Assembly (NCBI GenBank): GCA_951406725.2
Contig: OX597831.1
Coordinates: 44,702,001-44,766,000, forward strand
Source of the DNA: Octopus vulgaris
Lineage: Eukaryota
Direction: 5' to 3'
DNA: 64,000 nucleotides
The notes beneath the pieces are model-generated. The model searched no databases, was not told where the DNA came from, and worked only from the letters and a program-made list of their open reading frames with translations. Position 1 is the first letter of the stretch. The number at the start of each line of letters is the position of its first letter. This document shows, one piece after another, positions 38,871-50,657 of this stretch. Position numbers and translations under genes: made by a program.

Positions 38871-41489
38871 GTAAATAAAAGTGAGTTTGGAGGGATATAT
38901 TACCCAGGCGGATACCATGTTAGTGCTTGGTTAAGTTCCTGTTAACAGCTAATCGCAACGATCACTTAGAGGATGACCAAATGATGGACGAACCCTGATG
39001 AAGTTGCCCCAACAATATTGCAACACTGTTTTTGCAACAGTTAGCAGTTGCTGCAGCAGAAACGTGTGTAGGTCGTTATAATATGCTGTATAAGATTATA
39101 AAATAAATTTTGTGGATGTTCAAGTCTCTGTACTCTTTATTATCATTATTGATAAGGCCCCAAACTGATCAATAAATTTAGAACCAGTGAAACACTGGGG
39201 TTGATGTACTTGACTAGTCCTCTCCCCCAAAATTTTGGGCCTTGTGCCTATCTATAGTAGACAGGATTATTATTATTAATAAGGTGCTGAGTTGGCAGAG
39301 TTGTTAGCATGTCAAGCGAAATGCTTAGCGGTATTTCGTCTGCTTGAGTTCGAATTCTGCCAAGGTCGACTTTGCCTTTCGTCCTTTCGGCGTCGATTAA
39401 ATAAGTGCCAGTTATGTACTGGGGTCGATGTAATTGACTAAATCCACCCCTCAAGCTGCCCTTGTGGCAAAAATTTGAAATCATCATCATCATCATTATT
39501 ATTATTATTGATAAGGCACCAAGCTGGTCGATAAATTTAGAACCAGTGAAACACTGGGATTGATGTACTTGACTAGTCCTCTCATCAAAAATTTGGGGCC
39601 TTGTGCTTATAGTAGAAAAGATTATTATTATTATTATATAAAGGCAGCAAACTTGCAGAATCATTAGCATGTGGGGCAAAATGCTAAGTGGCATTTCTTC
39701 TGTCTTTATGTTCTGAGTTTAAATTTCGCAGAGATTGGCTTTGCCTTTCCTCTTTTTGGAGCCAATAAAGTACCAGTAAAATACTGGGGCTGATGTAATC
39801 AACTAGTCCCCACCCTCCCAAAATCTCAGGCCTTGTGCCCTTAGTAGAAAGGATTATTATTATTTATATATATATTTAAAAAATACAAGTTCTAAGTTCA
39901 GTATTTTTTAAAAAACTCTGTTCACATTATATTATGCAAGATTCTTTTCGTGATGAGATTCGAATTCATTGAAAGAACATGATTGTAAAAGTGATTGAAA
40001 TAAGCAATATGGTATTTTTTTTTCTATTTAATATTAATTTTTTTTCATGATTGCATGTGTGGAATGATTACTGTTGAAACTTGTTATTTATATTGCTGGA
40101 TACCTATTGTTAATCATTCGTCCATGAAGTAGGTGTGGAACTTGTTTTCCTTTAGTCAAGCAAACTGGATTAAGTACACAATGGTTTGGCTTTGTACTGG
40201 GGCAAAACAATATCACCTTATACAATATGAAGTTATGACTGTTTGATCAATAATACTTCTAACTTCACAAACATTGTGCGTCATTCAAGATAGAATTTGT
40301 TATTTATGAACTTAGTTGTGAATATAATTGGAAGATAAGTATGTCTTTCGACAAATATCTACATTATGAAAATAATCATTCAATTTCTTGCATTTTATCA
40401 TTTGATTTTTTTTATAGGCATGAAAATTTTTTATGTGCAAAACTGTTGCAAAATATGTGTCTATACTGAAAAGGAAGTACCAAACCATAATGAATTATTT
40501 GAATGGTTCTAGGAAAGTTGTTTATCATGAACAATTCATCAAAGATATTTTATAGCTTCTATAGTTTACTATATTTATGGTCACTTTTCTTGCTCAGAAA
40601 AGCAGTTGAAATTCCTTCAAATCAAACTCTACTGCCTTGGGACAGCAAAGTTCTCATTGGATCACATAGTCCCATATACACTCCTCTGAAAAGAAAAAAA
40701 ATGATTGTTATGGCTGAGATGGTTATGACCTAGGGTTAAACTACTGCAAATAATTCATCTACTAGAAAATGGTAACTTTTCAGTTGTAGTACAATGAATA
40801 TCATCATCATCGTTTAACGTCCGTTTTCCATGCTAGCATGAGTTGGACGGTTCGACCGGGGTCTGGGAAGCCAGGAGGCTGCGCCAGGCTCCAGTCTGAT
40901 CTGGCAGAGTTTCTACAGCTGGATGCCCTTTCTAACGCCAACCACTCTGTAAGTGTAGTGGATGCTTTTTACGTGCCACTGGCACAGGCCAGAGGAGGCT
41001 GGCAAACGGCCACGATCAGTTGGTGTCACCAACATGGACGCCAGTCAGGCGGCGCTGGCATCAGCCACGTTCGGATGGTGTTTTTATGTGCCACTGGCAC
41101 GGGTATCTTAACTACAATTTCCATTTGATATTTATTTTTCTAAAATTTTATTTGGGGAAAATAAATGCTTTGTGAGTATTGAGGACAATGTACAAAGGGT
41201 TGACAGCTTGTAACATAATTGAATATGCAGGTGGATGGTGGATGTGTGACTGGTGGACATTTTAGGCACTATCCTTATAACTGGGTGAAAGCACGGGGCT
41301 AAATTGCTAGGGTATTCGGCTCATGATCATAAGGTTATAAGTTTGATTTCTGATTTCCATGTAATGTTTTCTCTCTTTTCCCACTTCTAGGTACGCTACT
41401 TGAAAATCATCGAGAAGAGTGGTTACCAAGCTCTACCATGGGTGCGTTATATCACCCAAAACGGAGACTACCAATTACGTACCAATTAA
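21788..41489 (+). CDS. AP1M1: AP-1 complex subunit mu-1 (clathrin adaptor medium chain), 422 aa; join(21788..21829,22463..22687,25250..25380,26425..26569,28277..28403,30713..30855,34648..34719,36151..36309,38094..38219,41391..41489)
   Basis: Manual splicing gives 1269 nt in one open frame, with GT-AG at every junction and compatible phases. The translation [24 protein letters not shown]...[23 protein letters not shown]...[21 protein letters not shown]...[33 protein letters not shown]...[20 protein letters not shown] follows the known mu1-adaptin sequence end to end. Confidence 0.97.
22463..22687 (+). CDS. AP1M1: AP1M1 coding exon 2 ([10 protein letters not shown]...FLHKIVQ)
   Basis: tttgtttcAG acceptor, CAG|GTAGGT donor, 225 nt, longin-like N-terminal domain sequence. 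Confidence 0.96.
25250..25380 (+). CDS. AP1M1: AP1M1 coding exon 3 ([18 protein letters not shown]...DSKILQE)
   Basis: poly-T-ccAG acceptor, GA|GTAAGT donor, 131 nt. Confidence 0.96.
26425..26569 (+). CDS. AP1M1: AP1M1 coding exon 4 ([10 protein letters not shown]...VIESVNLL)
   Basis: acAG acceptor, TTG|GTAAAC donor, 145 nt; contains the [21 protein letters not shown] mu-chain signature. Confidence 0.96.
26960..28134 (+). mobile_element. Degenerate Penelope-like retroelement reverse transcriptase remnant in AP1M1 intron 4
   Basis: Motifs [47 protein letters not shown] and [13 protein letters not shown] are typical of Penelope RT; stops and frameshifts; truncated before the YxDD motif. Confidence 0.88.
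28277..28403 (+). CDS. AP1M1: AP1M1 coding exon 5 ([14 protein letters not shown]...VLFESTG)
   Basis: cattAG acceptor, A|GTAAGT donor, 127 nt; [13 protein letters not shown] motif. Confidence 0.96.
28923..29152. repeat. 230-bp near-perfect palindrome in AP1M1 intron 5
   Basis: Arms pair outward from centre TCGA (29036-29039) with few mismatches. Confidence 0.92.
30713..30855 (+). CDS. AP1M1: AP1M1 coding exon 6 ([17 protein letters not shown]...YRLTTH)
   Basis: tgtAG acceptor, CAT|GTAAAT donor, 143 nt; [15 protein letters not shown] signature. Confidence 0.96.
33545..33740 (+). repeat. Unclassified ~200-bp interspersed repeat (family F, CAA-type tail); copies near 19470-19660, 33090-33310, 40580-40745, 50150-50340(-)
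   Basis: Shared GTCACTTGACCTGCTAGAAATAGCAG...CACCCTACTGT...GGTCATG.CTGGAATG...ATAGGTCTG...CTAAACAAC. Confidence 0.65.
34006..34340 (+). mobile_element. SINE family D copy
   Basis: Aligns with 14314-14650 over ~330 bp. Confidence 0.88.
34648..34719 (+). CDS. AP1M1: AP1M1 coding exon 7 ([24 protein letters not shown])
   Basis: ttttccAG acceptor, AAA|GTAAGA donor, 72 nt; too short to appear in the ORF track. Confidence 0.95.
36151..36309 (+). CDS. AP1M1: AP1M1 coding exon 8 ([21 protein letters not shown]...WTIKSFP)
   Basis: aaAG acceptor with a weak pyrimidine tract, CCC|GTGAGT donor, 159 nt. Confidence 0.95.
37756..37970 (+). mobile_element. piggyBac-like TTAA MITE (family E); further copies near 20566-21030, 21441-21650, 31370-31571, 45219-46780 (interrupted), 48691-48912, 59123-59583, 59588-59792
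   Basis: CCCTTTAGCA...TGCTAAAGGG termini with (T)TAA flanks; shared internal GTCAAATGTAATGCTTATTTATTCACA and TTTAGAATGACATTGTAGGGTA. Confidence 0.75.
38094..38219 (+). CDS. AP1M1: AP1M1 coding exon 9 ([16 protein letters not shown]...FTVSGIQ)
   Basis: tttcAG acceptor, CAG|GTAAGT donor, 126 nt. Confidence 0.96.
38641..38813. repeat. 173-bp loopless palindrome in AP1M1 intron 9
   Basis: Centre CCACATTGT|ACAATGTGG at 38727/38728; arms nearly identical. Confidence 0.92.
38987..39077 (+). ncRNA. Type I hammerhead ribozyme motif with long stem II insert, in AP1M1 intron 9
   Basis: Stem I GACG(A)ACC/GGUCGUU; CUGAUGA 38995-39001; stem II GUUGC/GCAGC above an A.A mismatch; GAAA 39059-39062; stem III AC-GUGU-GU; GUA triplet, predicted cut after 39070; AATAAA ~30 nt downstream. 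Confidence 0.6.
41391..41489 (+). CDS. AP1M1: AP1M1 coding exon 10 ([32 protein letters not shown])
   Basis: Pyrimidine tract plus ctAG acceptor; TAA at 41487-41489. Confidence 0.96.
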   Translation, partial: VRYLKIIEKSGYQALPWVRYITQNGDYQLRTN

Positions 41490-43964
41490 TGAATGAGAAA
41501 CAAAAAAACAAAAAAAAAAATCAAACAAAACAAAACAAACTCACTAACAGATTGGAAAAGGGAATGAGATGTTGATAGAGTGCAATCAATATTGTAACGA
41601 TCCAAATGAATATTGGCACAGGTACATATTGCCGCTGCTTCTATCTGACATTATTTACAGTTAGGGAAAAGTTCAACAGGTCGTGTAAACCTCGTTGAAT
41701 ATCCATGCGTTTTTATATGTATATGTTTGTGAACTCAATTATTAATTTCATTCAGATTATTATTCAATTACCATTTTTTTTTTTTTATCTAGACAAATTA
41801 TTTTAAAAAATAAATTAAAACCTTAACTATCTATATAATTTATGAATTTATTGTTTTTGTTTCTTTATTTTTTTTCCTTTAAAAATAAATTTATTTTTCC
41901 ATTGGTTATATTTTACATTAGATACTTCCATGTTTTCACTCACACACACACACACACACAGACAATCACATACACACACACACACATATACTCCCATACA
42001 CTCACTCTTTTGTTTAAAACTTTATAAACACATGACCAGTTTTTATCAATGATATTCACTGAACTTTTGAAGTAGACACCTTTTTTTGTTATCACTTACT
42101 TTTTGATTTAATCTTGAACTCAATCAGTTTGTTTTTCAGTGATTACAAAGTAGCTGAGTTGTACAACATATTTTCCTTCTTTCTTTACTGTTTTTTTTTC
42201 TTTTCTCTCTCTGTTCTGTTAGGTTTCAGATTTATTTGAATTTAAATCAGAATATATTGTTGATAATCTTTACTACAATTAGAACAAGTCAGTCTACTGA
42301 AAAGTTTAGTATTTACTTAATACTGAGTTTTTTTCTTTCTCATTTTCTTTCGGTACAAAGTGAGCAAATCTGAAGGTGAACAGATTTTGCTCGTTTCAGT
42401 TTTCCTTTTATTTTTTTCCTTTTTTTTAAAAAAAATATATGACTTATCTTTATTCCTTTTGAAAAGAGCATGAATACAAGAGAAACCCAGAGAATCAGTT
42501 CTTCTATGCCACCATTCCGTCACGGTTTTATCACTTTCCAGTCCATTTTCCACATCTGTATTTTTTCGCAATAGGACAGATTTTTGTCTGACTGAAATTT
42601 AAATAATCTTCCAAGATAACAAACAAGATAGATTTTCAGAGGGAGCCTCTTTCTGGTGCAGTCTGCTCTCAGAATCTACTTCTCTAAGATCCAATTTATT
42701 TATATTGTCTTGTTTAGTGAAAGAGACTGCCACAATCACTCATCGACCACTGTTCCATCTTCAGTGTCCCTAATCTTCCCCAATTACCAACATCCAGATG
42801 TTTAAAAAGCCAGTAAGTGTTATGGCTAGTTCTTGACACTTGAGGCCAGGCTCTCCAAAACTTTGTAGTAATAGTTGTTGTTTAGTTAACTTTTACCTAT
42901 TTTTACTGTTAATGAGGTTAATATCTGTATATTGTCAGTATATTAGAACTGAATGCATTAATTATAAAATACATCAGATTAATGTTAATGTTGTATGTTT
43001 CAAAAAAGAAAAAAAAAATCTCCTTATTCAAATTGTAGATTTTCAGTGAATCTAAAACTAACGAACTTTGAAAGATTAGCAGAATGTTTACTAATGACGA
43101 TGAGATCAAATCTTTTTTTTTTTTTTTTTTTTTTGTTGGACATCATTTTACAACATATCTCTAATTAATAAGGGTAATTATTTCACTATGTGGAATCAAT
43201 TTTTTTCCCTTCAAGTTGTAACTTATTTATTTGTTTGTTTGTTTATTTATTTTTCTTTCTTTTTTTTTTTCTCAATTTTTGCTACATTTTTCTGGTGTTT
43301 TAACTGTGACTTGACTTGTTCAACTTTTACTGAAAAAACTAGTCAACTGTTAATTGCTCGGGTTCCCAGACAATCTATTGTTGCTCTATTTCTCAATGTT
43401 TTGCAACTTATTTGGAATGAGGAGAGTGTGAGAAAAAAAAAGACACAAATTGAGAGAGAGAGGGAGAGTGTGTGAGCGAGTAAGAGAGAAAGAAAGAGGA
43501 GTTAATTGCAGCTACATTTGAATGAAGCAATCATAAATAACTATGAGAAACTAATGTTGTTCAATATTTCAATTGACTGTTAACGGAAAATGTTATTTCT
43601 TTTTTTTTTTTCTTCTTCTTCTTCTTCTTCTTGCATCCATCTAAATTCAATAATTTGATTTATCGGTGAAGAGCGAAAAATCAAACCAGATTTTTTTAAG
43701 CATCTCTGCTGTTTGATACATACAATGTTTATTAAAATTTTATTTTAATTAATTGCAACATTTGTTCGTATCTGATGTATTTGTTAAAGGAGGTTTTTTT
43801 TGTTACATGTTTGTTTGTTTGTTTGTTTGTGTTTTTTTTTTGTTTTTCTTTGTTGTTGTTTTTGTTTTGTTTTCTTTTCCTTTCTTTTTTTGCTATCCAT
43901 TATTTTGGGAAACCCCCATTATCATCCTTGCGCTGTTGATCCCATGTTCTGGCCATCATAAATG

Positions 43965-44002
<38 letters not shown>
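43965..44002. repeat. (AAT)n microsatellite in the putative AP1M1 3' UTR
   Basis: About 12 perfect ATA/AAT units. Confidence 0.95.
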
Positions 44003-44058
44003 CTTCATGACTGATTGCAATCATTTTAATCACTGTCATGTATATATTAGAAAGGTGA

Positions 44059-44064
44059 AATAAA
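44059..44064 (+). terminator. Candidate distal polyadenylation signal of AP1M1
   Basis: AATAAA followed by GTGAGTGTTTAGTGTTAGTTTCTC; interspersed repeats resume ~280 bp downstream. Confidence 0.55.
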
Positions 44065-44340
44065 TATTGTGAGTGTTTAGTGTTAGTTTCTCGCTCTATT
44101 ACTGTCTTACAGATATCAGTTACTGCATTTATCCCATTGTTTCAATCTGTCTTCTTTCTGCATAGTTTCAGATGACCTGTGAATGAAACTGACACGTGTT
44201 CTAAAGAATATAATATAACTAAATGAAAAACGTTCTTTTGTAATTACTGATTAATCTTTTTTTTTTGTTACTGTATTTCTGTTGAAATATATTGTCTTTA
44301 TTTTGATTATTTTTAATTACTGTTTTTTTTTTTTTTAAAT

Positions 44341-44724
44341 ACTCTCTTTTTACTCTTTTACTTGTTTCAGTCATTTGACTGCGGCCATGCTGGAGCACCA
44401 CCTTTAGTCGAGCAACTCGACCCCGGGACTTATTCTTTGTAAGCCCAGTACTTATTCTATCGGTCTCTTTTGCCGAACCGCTAAGTGACAGGGACATAAA
44501 CACACCAGCATCGCTTGTCAAGCAATGCTAGGGGGACAAACACAGACACACATACATATATATATACGACAGGCTTCTTTCAGTTTCCGTCTACCAAATC
44601 CACTCACAAGGCATTGGTCGGCCCGGGGCTATAGCAGAAGACACTTGCCCAAGATGCCACGCAGTGGGATTGAACCCGGAACCATGTGGCTGGTTAGCAA
44701 GCTACTTACCACACAGCCACTCCT
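44341..44724 (-). mobile_element. SINE family A, intact copy
   Basis: Near-identical reverse complement of 9735-10130. Confidence 0.9.
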
Positions 44725-44975
44725 ATAGTAAAATAACTGTCGTTATTAATCTGTTGTAAGGTGCTGAGCTGGCACAATTGTTAGTATGCCGGGCGAAATG
44801 CTTAGCAGCATTTCGTCCGTCTTTAGATTCTGAGTTCAAATTCTGCCGAGGTCAATTTGCCTTTCTTCCTTTCAGGGGGTCAATAAATTAAGTACCAGTT
44901 GTATACTGGGGTTGATCTAATCAACTGGTCCCCTTCCCCAAAATTTCGGGCCTTGTGCCTAGAGGAGAAAAGAAC

Positions 44976-45021
<46 letters not shown>

Positions 45022-45258
45022 ATATGTATATATATACTTAGCGGGTTGGCAAAAGAGACCGATAGAATAAGTACTGTGGTTGACTTTGCTTTTCATCTTT
45101 TTGGGGTCAATAAATTAAGTACCAGTGAAACGCTGGGGGTCGATGTAATTGACTAGTCTCCTCCCATCAAATTTCAGGCCTTGTGCCTTGAGTAGAAAGA
45201 ATTACTAATCTGCTGTTTAACCCTTCAGTAAAATAGATTACTCTGTCAAGTGTAATTG

Positions 45259-46594
45259 AAGGCCAGCGAGCTGGCAGAAATGTTAGCACGCCGGGTGAAA
45301 TGCTTAGCGGTATTTCGTCTGTCTTTATGTTCTGAGTTCAAACTCCGCCAAGGTCGACTTTGCTTTTCATCCTTTCGGGGTTGATTAAATAAGTACCAGG
45401 TACGCACTGGGGTCAGTATAATCGACTTAATCCGTTTGTCTGTCCTTGTTTGTTCCCTCTGTGTTTAACCCCTTGTGGGTAGTAAAGAAATAGGTATTTC
45501 GTCTGCTGCTATGTCCTGAGTCCAAATTCCGTCGAGGTCGACTTTGCCTTTCATCCTTTCGGGGTTGATTAAATAAGTACCAGTTACGCACTGAGGTCAG
45601 TATAATCGACTTAATCCGTTTGTCTGTCCTTGTTTGTTCCCTCTGTGTTTAATCCCTTGTGGGTAGTAAAGAAATAGGTATTTCATCTGCCGCTACATCC
45701 TGAGTCCAAATTCCGCCAAGGTCGACTTTGCCTTTCATCCTTTCAGGGTTGATTAAATAAGTACCAGTTACGCACTGGGGTCAGTATAATCGACTTAATC
45801 CATTTGTCTGTCCTTGTTTGTTCCCTCTGTGTTTAACCCCTTGTGGGTAGTAAAGAAATAGGTATTTCGTCTGCTGCTATGTCCTGAGTCCAAATTCCGT
45901 CGAGGTCGACTTTGCCTTTCATCCTTTCGGGGTTGATTAAATAAGTACCAGTTACGCACTGAGGTCAGTATAATCGACTTAATCCGTTTGTCTGCCCTTG
46001 TTTGTTCCCTCTGTGTTTAATCCCTTGTGGGTAGTAAAGAAATAGGTATTTCATCTGCCGCTACATCCTGAGTCCAAATTCCGCCAAGGTCGACTTTGCC
46101 TTTCATCCTTTCAGGGTTGATTAAATAAGTACCAGTTACGCACTGGGGTCAGTATAATCGACTTAATCCGTTTGTCTGTCCTTGTTTGTTCCCTCTGTGT
46201 TTAACCCCTTGTGGGTAGTAAAGAAATAGGTATTTCGTCTGCCGCTACATCCTGAGTCCAAATTCCGCCGAGGTCGACTTTGCCTTTCATCCTTTCGGGG
46301 TTGATTAAATAAGTACCAGTTACGCACTGGGGTCAATATAATCGACGTAATCCGTTTGTCTGTCCTTGTTTGTCCCCTCTGTGTTTAACCCCTTGTGGGT
46401 AGTAAAGAAATAGGTATTTCGTCTGCCGCTACGTTCTGAGTCCAAATTCCACGGAGATCGACTTTGCCTTTCATCCTTTCAGGGTCGATAAAGTACCAGT
46501 TATGCACTGGGGTCAGTATAATCGACTTAATCCGTTTGTCTGTCCTTGTTTGTCCCCTCTGTGTGTAGCCCCTTGTGGGTAGTAAAGAAATAAG
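45259..46594 (+). repeat. Tandem array of SINE family B: one 50-nt head + 7 units of 184 bp (last slightly shorter)
   Basis: GGTATTTC unit starts at 45309, 45493, 45677, 45861, 46045, 46229 and 46413. Confidence 0.95.
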
Positions 46595-49500
46595 TGTGAT
46601 GCTTATTGTTTTGAATTAGTCATGCAGGAACATGTAGCTTCAAGATTTTGATGAAGTGATTGTTTATTTTTAGAATGACATTGTAGGGTAAGTGAGAGAG
46701 GCTGAATCTGGCCAGTCTAAACATAAAGCAAGGTAGAATAATTGGGCCTGATATGGCCTGAATATATAAAGGCTAATGGGTTAGGGCAGTGAGATGGCAG
46801 AATCATTAGCATGCCGGGCAAAATGCTCAGCAGCATTTCATCCATCTTTGCATTCTGAGTTCAAATCCCACTGATGTTGACTTTGCCGTTCATCCTTTTG
46901 GGGTGGATAAAATAAGTATCTGGTATTAAGAAGGGCATGCAGCTGTTGAAACCAAGTCAAAACAGACTGTGGAACCTGGTGTGACCCCCCTGGTCTTACC
47001 AGTTCCTGTCAAGCCGTATATCTGTTCCCAAGTAAGGTATTTCTCCGTCACCAAGGCATGTTTTCATGGAAGGTTGGAAATGGACACTGCTTGCAGGATA
47101 ATGACACACATTTACAACTCGCACTCAATGTCAAGACAAAAACACACATATATATGCAAGAAGCCCATTGAATGAATGAATGTGTGTATGGCACGTAAAA
47201 AGCACCCACTACACTCACGGAGTGGTTGGCGTTAGGAAGGGCATCCAGCTGTAGAAACATTGCCAGATAAGACTGGAGCCTGGTGCAGCCTTCTGGCTTC
47301 CCAGATCCCTGGTCGAACCGTCCAACCCATGCTAGCATGGAGAACGGACATTAAACGATGATGATGATGATGATATATATATATATATATATGTATGTAT
47401 GCAAGAAACCCAATGAATGAATGTGTGTATATATATATATGATGGGCTTCTTTCAGTTTCTATCTACTAAATCCTCTCGCAAAGACGGAGCTTTAGTTGG
47501 CCTGGAGCTATTGTAGACACTAGCCCAAGATTTAAATCAATATTTAGCCATTCGTATAGGGCTTAGTGCCCATGACCTTTGCAGGTTATAGACTGGAGGT
47601 CAGAGTAATTTGATTTTCAGCTTGAATTTCTGGAAGTTGATGCCTAGAGAGAAAAAAATATTGGTAGAGACAGAATGTTGGTGGTTGCAGTTTTGGAGAG
47701 AGGACACAGAAATGATGAAAAACAGAGGGCTAGATGCATTGAGTAAGTTAGAGGCAGAGAGAAGACACAGTAAGTTGTTTGGTGAGTGAATCCATACCAG
47801 TTAGTGGTGGGGTTTTTTTTTATGTGATCTAGGATGCTTTTTGTGTGTGTGTATGCATGTGTATATCAACAGCACTCTCTGATACGTGAGCAATATTTAC
47901 TTTTATGGCGTTAGGAAGGGCATCCAGCTGTTGAAACATTGCCAGATAAGACTGGAGCCTGGTGCAGCCTTCTGGCTTCCCAGATCCCCGGTCGAACTGT
48001 CCAACCCATGCTAGCATGGAGAACAGACGTTAAACGATGATGATGATGATGATGTGAAATGAAAGCACATGGCTTAGCGATGAGAGTGTTTGGCTCATGA
48101 TCACCAGGTCATGCTTTCGAAACCCTACATTGCATTGAGTCCTTGAGCAAGGCACTTTATTTAACATAGCTTCAATCTACTAAGCTGAAAATGAGTACCA
48201 GCTGCAGCAACTGCAGGATAACCTTGTAGAGTGAGGCGTTTTGGCACCACCCATTTGGCATCACTGATTTAATGCTAACTTATTTGACATCAGATACATT
48301 AAAGTTTCTCTCATTCTCTTCCTCTCCACTCTCTCTCTCTCTCTCCCTCTCTCACATGCTCTTTTTATATATCTGAGTATATCTCTCTTTATGTGTATGA
48401 GAAGAGGGGGAAAGTGTTTATGTAAACTGTGTTCAGTTAATAAACTGTAATATTTATCTCTCTCTCTTTCAATCTATATGCGTATATTTCTACATGCATG
48501 TGTATTTGTCTCCAGTGACAAAAAGTACTGTTGCCGAAACAATAAGCCATGCCAAGTCCAAATAGCTGCGCCTAATTGCCTCATTCTGAAGCTTGTGGTA
48601 TTCAACTTTCAATTGCTTGTATGCCACCTGTACTTCAAAAACCAGATTAAGTTCACTCCAACCCCTTGATCCTGTACACGCAATAACATTTTAACTCTTT
48701 AACGTTTAGAATACGATTAAATGTAACGCTTATTTATTCACATTGTTTTGAATTAATCATGCATTATTCATAGCTTTGAGATTTTGATGTGATTGTTTAT
48801 TTTTAGCATGACATTGTAGGGTAGGTGTGAAAGGCTGGATCTGGCCAGTTTAAATATAAAGCAGATAGAATCTTTGGTTCTGATATGACCAGTTTAAATG
48901 CTAAAAGGTCAAGTGGGTTTTTGATGACACTAGCATAGCTAGAGGAAGTGGTCTGCCTTAGGCAGCACTTTTATGGGGGCCTGCTGTGGGCTGTAAGCCT
49001 GTATAGGCTGCATTGAAATAGTGGTTATAATGTTGGGACATAGACATTACTCACTATTAAATGCAGTAATCAATATAGTCACTGTGCAATATGTATATTT
49101 TGTGGGGTCTCAGCAGGGGCAAGCTGGAAGGCCATACACACTAGGTGAAGAGAGTAACTTATAAGAACATTAGTATTTTCTTTGAAAGGGAAGTTTAATC
49201 TTTGGAACATAGTTTTTGAAATCTTAAGTTGGAAATTGCCTCAAGAGATTGTCAGATTTTGTGTGGCCTAGTATCTGTAGCAAGTGCAAGGATTTTAATT
49301 TGTTTCATGTGTAGGGAAGGAAGAAGTATAACAGAAGGCTATGTATGGTCCTTCCTGAGAATAGAGCATACTGCCACCATTTTTTTTCATTAGATTATCA
49401 TGTTAGACTTGACTAGGATCTTAGCAACTTATTCGACAAGATAGTAGCCTGGCTCTCCATCATTTATGTTGAATATTCTAGTTGATACAATCAGCCAAAC

Positions 49501-49607
49501 AGCCTACTCAAAGTTAATGTGCAAGTGGCTGAGCACTCCAAAGACATGCATGCCCATAATATAGTTCTCAGTATGACTCAGAATATGACAAGACCGACCT
49601 TTTGAAA

Positions 49608-49781
49608 AGGCGGCGAGCTGGCACGCTACCTTCTGAGTTCAAATTCCGCTGAGGTTGACTTTGCCTTTCATCCTTTCGGGGTCGATTAAATAAGTACCAG
49701 TTACGCACTGGGGTCGATATAATCGACTTAATCCATTGTTTGTCCTCTCTGTGTGTAGCCCCTTGTGGACAGTAAAGAAAT
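49608..49781 (+). mobile_element. SINE family B copy with internal deletion of the head hairpin
   Basis: 18-bp TSD AAGAC(C/T)GACCTTTTGAAA at 49590-49607 and 49782-49799. Confidence 0.88.
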
Positions 49782-50657
49782 AAGACTGACCTTTTGAAAT
49801 ACCAGTACTACTCGTTTTGCTGACTGAGTGGACTGGAGCAACATGAAATGAAGTGTCTTGCTTTATTTAAGGAATCCTTAGGGCTCATCTATGCTTTCGA
49901 TTCTGTTATCTTCTTTCCATAAGAGTGTAAAATTTAAAGTATTCTCAATGATTACTATAGATGTTATGGGGCTACATATCTGCTGCAGCTTGATGGCAGT
50001 CTATTGCTGTAGGCAAGTAACAGCACTGTAAAATTGACGAATGTTTCACTGGCTTACAGTATGGAATTTATATCCTTTTATGGGGCCAAGGGGTAACGGG
50101 GAATCATTCCAGTGTAATTTTTCTCTTGAATCCTTTAAGAAAGATTTGTTGTGGTTTAGACTTCAGTTGTGATTAAGCAAATCTGTGACTAAAGCCGTTC
50201 CAGCCATGTCTACTATGTATTTTGCATATCTAAGACTACACCTTCTAGTGTCCTCTTTTCAAAACGATAGGGTATGATTCAAAGGAGAATTGGCTGTTAT
50301 TTCTAGCACATCGAGTGACCACGTACAAGTTTCTTTGCTTGTGGAATATTTAATCGTCAGTAGTAATCAAATGAGTTTATTGTATATTATGAGACCTACT
50401 ATCCTACCCAGGCTTGGATCCTATCAAATACACTAAACTGGAGAGATAGAACTGGACAACACACAGGAGAGGACTATCCAACGTCATCTACAGCATCAAC
50501 ACAACATGGGGTGTAACAGTTACCATTTATAAGTCATTGCTACAACTCGAACAACAGGACACCCCACAAGTGCGTGGTTTGTGTGACAGAGATTGCCTTT
50601 CATATATCGGACTGTTCAGCCATGGACAATGCTGTTGTAGTAGGATGGACAGCCAAG

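Larger units (their letters stand above)
41490..44085 (+). other. AP1M1: Probable long 3' UTR of AP1M1
   Basis: U-rich 2.6 kb tract with none of the SINEs that fill the flanks; it ends at AATAAA 44059-44064 followed by a GT/T-rich tract. More proximal AATAAA at 41809 and 41884. Confidence 0.6.

Noticed and set aside
39950-40060. Intronic C/D box snoRNA (GTGATGA)
   Set aside because: No D box at a suitable distance and no terminal stem.
45259-46594. CRISPR-like array
   Set aside because: Units are contiguous 184-bp SINE monomers with no unique spacers, and the context is eukaryotic with no cas genes.
48232-48585. Possible MITE with TTGGCA subterminal repeats
   Set aside because: Termini match poorly and no TSD could be identified.
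50370-50650. Coding-like sequence interrupted by the Merlin-like element (continues 51634-51760)
   Set aside because: Only a weak RQLPWL resemblance to an RTE C-terminus; too degenerate to call.
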